Below are positions 53,748 through 64,000 of a DNA stretch of 64,000 nt, in pieces. Below the pieces are notes generated by a model that was not told where the DNA came from, did no database searches, and saw nothing but the letters and a program-made list of their open reading frames with translations. The stretch spans positions 1,240,001-1,304,000 of the forward strand of contig CM007990.1 in assembly GCA_002189035.1 (NCBI GenBank), written 5' to 3'. The position numbers and the translations under genes are program-made. The stretch's first letter is position 1; each line of letters begins with the position of its first letter. The DNA is from Utricularia gibba (Eukaryota > Plantae > Magnoliophyta).

Positions 53748-54239
53748 ACCTAGGGCTTACACTTTATGCCTCAAGATGCAGTTTTTCGTGCCCTGTTGCC
53801 TATTCTTTTGCATCAAATCTTCCTACAGAGGCTCTTTACCTTCCTACAGAGAGCCGGTCAGAGGCATTGGATTTCTTATAAGATCCAGTGTGTTTTTATA
53901 AACACTAGTTTCATAGTGCATTGGGGTTGTCTTGTATGGTTTGATCCTTACTGTTGTTAAGAAACTAATTGGCCACCAAACCTGCTTGATCTAGCGCACA
54001 TAATGAAGCAGGGCAAGCAGACTTGATCAGTAAAGTGTGTGTACTCGGCAATCCTGGTTGATCATAAACCAGGTCCTAACACCACAAGCGACCAAATACG
54101 TTACTTAAAATCACAGGTGGAAAAGATACAAAAGCAAGGCACCCGAAAAACAAAAGGAAGTCTATTATTGTCGACGATCAAGGCATCCGCTCATGGAGAG
54201 GATCACATAAGACGCAGCATTCTTCACTGACCTATAGTC

Positions 54240-55405
54240 CTAAGCCTTGGGGCCAATGTCCTTGAGGCCGCAGATCTGCTCCTCGCCCATGGCAGCCATG
54301 ACAGACACCACAAGATCCTTGCCTTCAGCAAAACCATCCTTGATCTGTGAATGTTAAACCCATGGTCAGAGCATAGTAGAGAGATGTTTGGATGATTTCA
54401 CAGTGTCTGATTAAATGATTTCACAGTGTCTGATTAAAATTTAAGAAGCAGAAAGCATAAATTAATCCGCAACAAAGAGAGAGGGTTGAAAAGAATCAAG
54501 CCTGTTGAAGCAGATTATCATCAGTTGGAAGCCGGAGGTCGTCCTTGGTGCCACCACTCTCGGTCAGCAAGCTCACCTAAAGAATAATCTCAATAAGGAT
54601 CATTGACAAGAAACAAAAAAATTGATGCTTAAAACTAAAGGGGTTGAGGTCTGTGACATACAAAACCATCCTCAGAGATATCAATAAGCTGGTAGTCGAC
54701 GCGATTGACATGTGGAACCTATCAATAAAGAAGGCCCCAATTATTAGCTACGGTAAAAAAAAAAAAAAAGAGATTCGGTGAACGTGTGTAAAGGAAATGT
54801 ACGCCAACATACATCACAGTTATGGGAAGAAGGGACAATATCTTCAAGCTTCTTGGAAGTGAAGATGTCTATGCCGACAAAGTGGCATTTTGCATGACCG
54901 TGCTTTCCAGTTTTGGAGGTAGAAACTTCGACGACCTGTAAACCCACGTGTAGGTACGCTGTAAATTTGTCAAATCAATAGGAAAACACACCTGAATGGA
55001 ATGTTCTTCAGTTACTCAGCACAGGCCATAAAATGGTAACAGGAAGAAAGAAAAAACACTGGTGTCAAGCAACAAAAATTAAACTTTAATTGACAGGTAC
55101 AAGGATCAAACTGCATAGGGAGATGCTTAAAATTGAACACCAACTTTTGATCCGGAAACAAAAAAAATCCCAATTCACAGATCTCATAACGTAAACCAAA
55201 CGCCGTTCACAGGCCAAAAAATTCAAAATTCACAAAAACCCAAAAAAAAAAAAACAAAACGATCGAAATCAACTACTGAGACCTTGCAGGGACGGCCCTT
55301 GATAACAATGTAACCGTTCTTGCGGATGGTCCCCGCCTGCTGCGGATAGGTTTTAGAGGCTCCGGCATCAGCCTTAGACTCAAAGTGATGCTCCTCGTCG
55401 GACAT
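54240..55405 (-). CDS. EIF5A: Eukaryotic translation initiation factor 5A, 5 exons
   Basis: [25 protein letters not shown], hypusine motif KTGKHGHAK, and ending [14 protein letters not shown]. Confidence 0.98.
54392..54437. repeat. Perfect 23-bp tandem duplication in the last eIF5A intron
   Basis: ATGATTTCACAGTGTCTGATTAA occurs twice. Confidence 0.95.
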
Positions 55406-55484
55406 CTTTCAGCGTCGACGATCCCTGAGCACAAAAGAAAAAAGAACTAGGTGCCGCCACTGATTGCGGTGGTGCGGGGAGAGC

Positions 55485-55555
55485 GTTATATAGAAGGGGG
55501 AAAATTAGGGTTTTCTTAAGGCAAATTTAAGGGGATTGGTTCTCAGCCGTTGGAT
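55485..55555 (-). promoter_or_regulatory. eIF5A promoter: TATA box, telo-box and TCCAACGGCT motif
   Basis: Minus-strand TATATAA at about 55487-55493, AAACCCTAA at 55505-55513 and TCCAACGGCT at about 55545-55554. Confidence 0.65.
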
Positions 55556-55810
55556 CCCTATCTTGAAGCGATTGACGGCTGCGATCATTCTCCAGCTTTG
55601 GCGTCAAAACGACGCTGTATAAGCCAACCCTGAAATATCCCCATCCACTTTCTTGTCGCGTGTGCCGCCTCATAAACCCCCCCCCCCCCAAAAAAAGCCG
55701 AAAGAAACCCATATGGTCATTATTTTAATTTTTTTACATTCATACTAATTTGATTCAATTTCAATAATCCAATTTAAGATTCAAATCACATAAATGTTAT
55801 AAAAATAGTT

Positions 55811-55844
55811 ATATATATATATAGATAGATAGATAGATAGATAT
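55811..55844. repeat. Compound (AT)n(GATA)n microsatellite, with a (C)13 run nearby at 55677-55689
   Basis: Read directly from the sequence. Confidence 0.85.
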
Positions 55845-58419
55845 CTAAGTATGTAAGAACACTAGGTTAATCTCATATAGGTTAAGATCGAGGTAGAAAA
55901 ATAATTTATAAAGAGTGCAATTATCTAATTTTACATGAGATTTTTTTCTAAAAAAAGAACATAAAACTATGGTGATTATATATCTAAAATCGACAATATC
56001 TTATAAAGAAAGGATGAATCATTATATTTAGTATTAGAGGCAAACCTGAGACTATAATCGATGATGGAACAAATTTCAGTGAGTACATTGAATTTCTAAG
56101 AAAGGGTGTAAGATTATGATCTAGGGAAGGGTATAAGGGCTCAATCCAAGAAATAGTGGAAATAACTTAGATGAATTTTACATTGATCACATATGAGATA
56201 TAAAAACAATTTATCTAAAATAACCTATCTCTAGTCTTACATGATGCATTTTTTAATATATGAAATCATATTTATAATATTATGATTTTCACTGATAACA
56301 ACCCAAACAATTGTTTTGTTGAGCTTGACAATATGATGAGTAATGGAAAGACTAGATCATGCCATCACTAAATTATGATTCAAAAACATAAAGATGGTTT
56401 TTTAGATAGGAGGTGAAATTATTAAAATAGAATTTAACTGAAATTTTAGTATTTTATTTGTAAAGTTATATTAATTAATAAAAACACATTTTTACCATTA
56501 AAATTATCCAATAATAATTTTTCTTTTATGATAATAAATTTTAAACCTTTTTTTAAAGTGTGAATGTTTTATGTATTATGTCAAAACTTTCTTGTTATGA
56601 AAAATATGGTAGTATTTATCAATAATTATTGAAAAATATTTTTTTGTTTATTAAATAATTTTATGTTCATTATCTAAAATAAAAATAATCTCTATTATAT
56701 CAATTATGGAATAAAATTAATTTCCAATTTTTAATATTTCGATTATTTTTTATCTATATTGTATTGAATACTGAATATAATTACTTCTTATTATTTAACA
56801 TTTGGATATATTTAATCTCTATTATTTGAATATTTAACATAGTTATGGAGCATACCATGATTACCATGGGGTTCATTATATTTATTTTTTATGGAGTTTT
56901 TAAAAAATATTAACCATTAATCTTTTAAAAAAATAGTGGAAAATAATTGTTTTGATTCTTAAACATAGATATTAATTATACATACTTTTCAAATCAATAT
57001 TTTTTAAGTATTAATTTTTTTATTTGGATAAATATTGAAAATAATTTTCCCATTTTAATTAAAAATATGTAAATTAAAATTATGCGCCACGTGTACGAAG
57101 TGGTCCCATGATATCTCATTGTTTGTCGGATGCTTTTAGGGGGACGCAGTCCTTGTAGTTTGTACCCTGAGGTCAACTTTTGGCAGTCTTTCTTCTGAGC
57201 AACGTCAGGTAGGCCACCCAATCATGTTATGCCACGTCATTACCCGTCATACCTATTTCCGTAAATAAACCCCGCACCGAGGGCTCTTTCATTTTTAATA
57301 CTATTTTTTTGTAAATGGAAAACACCTTTTTATGACGACATAATAAATTTTATTAAATTGGCTGCATCTGCCATTGTGTCCGGTGCTACTAAGAATAGTA
57401 TTTTTTTAGTAAATTATTAAATTCATTTTCTAATAAGAAATTAAGAGTATGTTGGGTGGATGAGTTTGAATAGATAGAAATTATATTTTATGTGTTTGGT
57501 ATAAAGATTTGTTAAATTTATGAAAAAACAAAAACAGTAGATTCATTTTGCATAACGGAAAAAATAAATCCTAAATAGAGTGTGTGTAAAAATATTTAAT
57601 TTTAACTAAACCCGCATATTCTTAATAAACTAAATCCTTATGGTCTAAGGATGTAATAGCCATTTAAATGTGTCATTAACTGTGCTTAATTAATGCCACT
57701 CTAAACCATATATGGGCAGTAAAAGTGAAGCATTTATCAGCACGGATTCTTGAAAAAACGATATGGGTTTGTGTTGTGGGGATGGATATATTTGTTATCT
57801 GGGATCTGTGTATTTTTCTTTAGTGACACCTCTGAAAAAAATGGCTTCTTTATGCCTTTTTGCGACATAAGTTCTGGAATCGTTCTGCTTTGTTGTTTTT
57901 AGTAGACGGGGAGAAAGTGGTCCTGTAGATGGAAGGGGGGAGAACAGGATCTGAGGTTTCCTCGAGGGAGTGAGAGATGAATCCATGCACCCCACTTCTC
58001 TGTTTCTTAGTTTTCTAGTAATTTCTTGTTACCCCGTTTTCCATCTCTCATGGAGTCACTGGGTTGCTTTTGATCTGATGATGAGTTGTTGCCTAATCAT
58101 AGAAAGATACTGTTGGGTGTTTCTTCCTCACTTTCCAGAGTTTTTTTTTTTTGTTTGCTTGTGTTTGAGTTGTCAGAAAGAGAACTCATTGTTTCAATTT
58201 TGTGTTGCTCTGTTTCTTCTTGTTTCCCTTCTTTGATGATGATGCATCATGTGGGATTTACTTGTTGGTTCTCATGATAATATTGGGTTGGCACCAGGTA
58301 TCATCAACATGATTAGCTGAAGCTGCATCTATTCTGATCTGGTTTTGATTTTTCTTTTAGAAAGGTTAAACTGTGAGGAATGTGCATTCTCCTGAACTCT
58401 CATTAGATATAATGCAGGA

Positions 58420-61264
58420 ATGGGCATACAAGTTGCATCACTTTACTCTATGAAAGAACATAATGGAATCCAGCAGTGGTAGTTGGCCTCATTTCCACAA
58501 AGACAAGTCGGGAGGAATCCTGCAGTTTGACAATAGATGCGGTCATCAAGACCCGGGAAGGGGTGCATTTAAGCAGAAGATCCTCGAACATGAAGCAGTT
58601 TTCAAGAATCAGGTACCTTCATTGTGGTTCTTGTGGTGCATATTCATGTTGCAACTCAGAAGGTTGAGTTTGTTGAATTCCACTTTGTGTTTGAGGTCTG
58701 TGAACTGCACCGCCTGTATCAGATCCAGAGGAACATGATGGAGGAGCCTGCATTGGCATCATGTCTTGGAGGGCCTCAGCTGCCCCTACAGTTGGCAAAG
58801 TGGGAAGCAACAGGCTTCCCTGTGCAGACTCTGCACAGTGGGAAAGCTTCTGGTATGAATGCTGAAAATGGTAATCCTACTGTTAATCTTTTGAAAACCA
58901 GTAACACAGAGAGTGATAAAGAGCCCGATGAAGAAGAAGAAGAAGAACCAGCGGCATCAGATGGACGAGCTTTAAAGGCAAGGAGAACATTTGATCTTCG
59001 ACTTCCTGCCGATGACTTTATAGGTGTCGAGAAGGAGAGGCAAAGAGAAACCTACAATGCAGAGGATGGAAACAAAAAGCCCCAATTTAATCATTTTTCT
59101 GCTTCATGTCTGAGGGGTTCCTTCGAGCTGGTTGATCTGAATGAACCTATTCAGACTGAAAAAGTTTTATTGGTTCCATCAGACAATTTCATTGATCTCA
59201 CTTCAGAAGGTAGAAAAAGCAAAATCTTGAGTCAGCCTGCTTCATCTCATGGCATGAGTGGAGAAACTACTCATTTCAGTAACAGAATTCTTTTCGGTTC
59301 TGGTAAACTTAACAGGGAGCATATCACACATGCATACGAAGGAGGTATGCTTAACTCATTTTCATTGAAATGTCCCATTTCAAGTAAGATTTTCAGCTTT
59401 TCTATTGGATTGATCATCTAATAGATTCCGCGTCCCTGATTTCAACCTTGCAGAGTTCTTTGGGAGCATGACCGGTTCCATTGCTCGAAATAAGCAGACA
59501 AATCAATCACCTTTCCTGACTCATCTTCATGTCGGTTCACCGATCCAAGCCAGTTCGTCTTCTGGTGTCTACTCAGGAAGTCACATTAAGGTGGATGACA
59601 GAGCGGGGCAGAGAAATGGTTTCGTCTCCTCCAATGGAAATCATGATCCCCACCATCATGGGCACTCGGAAGCTGTTGCTTCGAACATCCCAACTTCATC
59701 TCCATCAAATGGATGTAGCCAGTTCATCCCTGCTCGAGTAGTGAATACTGTTTCTGAATCTCGACTGCAGATCCAGGATCGTTTTCCCAGAAACTTTCTC
59801 GCCAATTCTACTGGTTCCACTCCGGATCTGACTTTTCAAGGTAAACCAACTTCTAGAGGATTTTTCCATGGCTCTCCTGCCTTCAGTTCCAAAGTGTCAC
59901 GGTTCAGTTCACTCCCTGCCAGATCCGATATTCTTATCTTCAAAAGTGCAGCTCCCAATCACTCAACTAACCATTGCCCAAAGATACCACGTAATAAAGA
60001 TGGGAAGTCTGCTGCTATGGCCAATGACAATAACAAAGCATTTCCAAGAAGCCCTTCTGAGGGGCTTGTCATTCTGGACGATCTTGATGTTTCAGTGACC
60101 AAAGTTGATCCTGAAGATCATTCACCAGGGCGTAGGTCTAAGCTAACAAATGTAAACATGGCTGCATCTCCTAATAAACTGTGGTATAGGAACGAAGGAC
60201 ATGGAGTAGGTCATATCTTCTCCCCATCAGGAAGTAGCGCAAAGAATGCAGCTACAGGTGTGGTTTCTGATAGAAGAATGAATGTAAATGAATGTGAAAG
60301 ATCGTTGATTGCATCGACCTCATTAAGTGCTGATCACCATCGTGAAGGGAATGATACTGTTTTCAGAAAGAAGTCTCGGATGATAGACATAAATGTGACC
60401 TGTGAGCCAGGTGAGGAGATAGCTGCAGAAGAACTTCCTCCTGAGAACAAACAACACAAAAATGGGGCTTCTGTTAGACACCATATTGACTTGAATTTTC
60501 CTGTCACCCACTGCAATGATCCACCATCTCCATGGATCAAAGCAGCAAGTCCTGGAAATAACTCGGCCATAGATCTTGAGGATCCTGATTTTTTGCAACG
60601 TCAGGGAGCCGATTTACCAACGACACCATCAGTAGAGAGCAAACATGATCAAGATGCTATCAGAGATGCAGCTGAAGCTGTACTTGCGATGTCCATGTTG
60701 TGCCCAGAACTCCCTCTGACAGAGGACAATTGTTCTCCATCTGAATCATCACTAGCAAAAGCTCTCCTCCTGTTTGCAGATGCCATCGCTACACCTGAAA
60801 ATGGAACTGGGAACTCACCAAGAGGCAAGGATATGGATGAGTTCGAGGCAGCAGCACTGCAACTTGAAGATACAAAAGAAGATTGCATCCATAAAGCATC
60901 TGTAGTTGAACTCCAGAATGTGGAAGAAATAGAAGCCAATGCATCAAACAGTAGACCAAGAAGTGCAAAAACTAGAAGAGGAAGGCCACGCAGGAGATTC
61001 CAGCGCGATAATCTTCTCGGTCTGTCATCATTATCTAGGCATGAAGTGTCTGAGGATCTTCAGATGTTCAGAGACTTCATGAAGATCATGGGCCACTGTT
61101 GTAGTCCAGGACTAGCAAGACAAAAAGGCAGTAGAAACGAGCGAGGTCCAGGTAATTCTGTTCCTAATCCACTCATGCAGCTACTTAGTGACATCAAAGC
61201 TGGTTCTGAGGACAAAAGTTCAACAGGGTGGGGAAAAATGACTAGGCGATCCAGAAGGCAGTGA
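58420..61264 (+). CDS. DUF863-family protein with multiple EAR-like motifs, 3 exons
   Basis: KQKILEHEAVFKNQ|V.ELHRLYQIQR, FDLRLP, VDLNEP, IDLNFP, LSSLSRHEVSEDLQ and GWGKMTRR. A frame break at about 58465 separates MGIQ...YSMKE from the rest, so the start may instead be 58463. Confidence 0.9.
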
Positions 61265-61576
61265 TGCCTACGCCTTCAAGGGTCCTTCAGCTGTCTTATA
61301 CTAATGTGAAACAAGTCGAATGTTAGCTGCAGTGTACGGCAGAATGAAACATGCCGGAGGCTTGTTCTATGACGGAGTGTGTATGACAGAGTGACCTTTG
61401 AACGATTATCATCATTGAATCAATATCTTGAATTGTCTTGACTAGGAATAGTGGCACCAAAATTTGTATCTTGAAATACATAGACCACAAACACCTGAGC
61501 ACAATTCAGGTTCCATAATGCCTGCTCTCGGAACATGTTTTTACCTCAATACTACCACAGGAAGACGTTTACAGGT

Positions 61577-63097
61577 CTACTCCTCCATCATAGCTTTTGC
61601 AGCATCAATCAGAAGGGGCCGGAGATGATCAGACGCGTGTCCGAGAACTGTGTACCCATCTTTGTCTTCAATGTCTACATCAGCTCCATGTCGTATAAGG
61701 AGTAATGCTGCCTGAAAAAGAGAGCATCGTAGGTCAAGAACAAGGAGCAGAGAATGCCGAGTTAAAAAGCAAATGAGAGGGTTTGATGACGAACATCTTT
61801 GTTAGCGCATATGACAGCCATCATTAGGGGAGTTTGTCCTACTCTATCGGTATCATCAACCTCTGCTCCTTCCTCAATTAAAAAATCACACAGCTCCGCA
61901 TGCCCAGTGCTTGCTGCACGATGCAAAGGTGTGCACCCTACCTGTAGAAGGTAACAACATAGATTCTCTTACAGAAAAAAGTCTAAAGAGTGAGTAGAAG
62001 ATTGTAAGCAAAAGTAACTACCGCAAGAGGTCATCAATATCATCACATACAGAGAAATCAGGTGCGCAGAATCACAACTATCAATATGTTAAGATTCCAA
62101 ATTAGTTAAAAACCTTGTCCTTGGGATTGATCTTTGCACCATGTGAAACCAGAACCTGAGCTATTTTCAAGTGACCCTTGCTAGCAGCGTAATGAAGCGC
62201 TGTGCGCCCACCTTCATTTTTGACATTCACATCAGCTCCTGTTCAATATCAAATTAGTTTTCCAATTATACAGAAAACAGAAAAAAAAAGATCAGGAGAA
62301 ACTTTGAGTCTGTTCCATACGTTGTTTTGGATTTCGATTTTGTATGAAAATGCATGTTTCTAAGAGTAAAAAGGTGAACAACTATATTTAAAAGGTAGAA
62401 AGTGATCTTCTGGAGTGAAAAACAAACGCGCTCAACAATACATGTAACCGATCCCATAAGTGGCGTATCACTATTTATTCCTTTTGTATATCATACAGCA
62501 CATACCCGATGTCATAAGGCGAAAAAAAAAAACTACGCTTTTGGAAAAAAGTAATCAATGAAAAAACATAAAAGTAATGCAGAAACCTAACATATTCATG
62601 AGTCTCACCTATGTTTAGTAAAATCTCCACAATTTCCAGATAGCCACTGCTTGCAGCAGAGTGTAAAGGCGTCCAGCCTTCATCATCAGAAACATTCACA
62701 ATTGAGGGGCTTGCGGTTGATATTACTTCCACCACCTAACATAATCAACAAGAATTGAGCATTTGAAAAAGTTGTAACAGTAACAATCCACGGAAGTAAT
62801 CAATCAGATCATTGAAGGATGGCATGTCCACACCCATTCTTAAACCACCAACTGAAGACAAACGAACAGCATGGCGTGTTGGACTAAAATAAGAAGGCTA
62901 CGGATTCTCCTAACCTTGGAATGGGAGGAGGAAACGGCGACGTGTAGAAGAGTACGACCGTCTTCATTCCGAAGAGCGGAAGCTTTGAGAAGTTGCTCGT
63001 CTGAGAGCGATCGGAAAAGAGAGGCATCACCGGATTGCGCCGCCGCAAACAGGTCACTCTCCTTGAATTCTCTCACCGGGGCGACCTCGATTTCCAT
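61577..63097 (-). CDS. PSMD10: Ankyrin-repeat protein, 26S proteasome assembly chaperone gankyrin/PSMD10 (Nas6) homolog, 5 exons
   Basis: [60 protein letters not shown] and C-terminal [10 protein letters not shown]. Confidence 0.9.
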
Positions 63098-64000
63098 CGC
63101 TCCTCTTACAGATTCTTGATACTCTCAACTGCTACTTCCGCCCAAAATCTCTACTAATGATGCTATGTATACTCTAATACCAAACCAATGAGAAATGATT
63201 TCACAAATGCATTTTTCAAAATCATTTAAAAAATGAAATTTGACTAGATTTTACTAAATTAAATAAAATAAATTAATTATCACAATAAATGATATCTTTC
63301 ATAGAATAATTTAATTAATAATACATTTAATAAATATACAATATTTTGCTATAGTTAAAAATTTATTTGATAGATATTTTACATAAATATATAATTAAAA
63401 TATTATTATATTTGCAAAAAAATATTTCATAATAAATCACAAATAGCATATGGCACAATTATTCTTCATTATTGGCCAAGCAAAAATGAGGAAACAATGA
63501 AGCAATGAATTGCGTTAGGGAGTGCACTGTGCTCCTTCATCAGCCTAAAACAAGAACTCAGAGTCAGAAAGCTGGAGAGATTTGTGGTGGCCAATTGGTT
63601 TCACACCAGGCCTGAAGGCGTTTCCTTCAATGTACCTGTGTAAAACATGATGTTATGTCATGCTCAGACGCTAACTCTACTGGATTCGTAGGAAGTTGAA
63701 ATTTCAAATGTGTGCGTTTGTGTGTGTTATTGCATATTGGAAAACATCGGATGGATTCATGGTCTTGTTGACCTGGTTTTCAGACAATGAAAACTTGAAA
63801 AAGGGAACTCACATTTCCTTGAGGAAAGGGTGTTTGTAGAACACAGCATGGATTCTACCAGTGAACAGATTGTTATCCAAGTACCTGAAATGGTAGAAAA
63901 GAACAAGCTGTAACTCTAGACTAATTTTTCTGACTTCCCACAATCCCAAATTCTTCATAGGACAAGATGAACACTCACAAATGACTTAATCGAGGGATAC

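Noticed and set aside
54240-55405. eIF5A as a member of the sphingolipid cluster (fumonisin-resistance link in Arabidopsis)
   Set aside because: It is a ubiquitous housekeeping gene 11 kb away with unrelated genes between. The link is too indirect.
55860-56420. Degenerate retrotransposon relic
   Set aside because: The composition is slightly less AT-rich, but no RT, integrase, LTR or TIR signature could be read.

Overview
Eukaryotic, gene-dense flowering-plant (eudicot-like) nuclear DNA. It holds about 17 recognisable protein-coding genes with mostly 60-100 nt introns, separated by very AT-rich spacers. The compactness suggests a miniaturised genome such as Lentibulariaceae, but this is inference only. 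Genes in order: ATL RING-H2 ligase, CLE25-type peptide, ALA3 flippase, BPE-like bHLH, RLCK-VII kinase, CBS/SnRK1-gamma-like, BPA1-like RRM, RPS9, PH-RCC1-FYVE-BRX, HGH1, TSC10, SBH, RPL34, RING-CH ligase, PSY peptide, eIF5A, DUF863 and gankyrin-like. There are also two clear pseudogenes (R2R3-MYB, mitochondrial L32). No rRNA, tRNA, CRISPR array or intact transposon was found. The most notable observations are: (i) two consecutive sphingolipid long-chain-base enzymes (TSC10, SBH) lie next to each other, with TSC10 bracketed by direct repeats of the HGH1 3' end; (ii) two small secreted peptide genes are not called correctly by the ORF track; (iii) a decaying block shows apparent microhomology-bounded deletions; (iv) a 115-bp tandem repeat carries a template-switch hairpin, and the block ends in poly(A); (v) at least eight frameshifts are each repaired by adding one base, usually to a G/C run, which most likely reflects long-read assembly error. 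All annotation was by eye, with no database searches.
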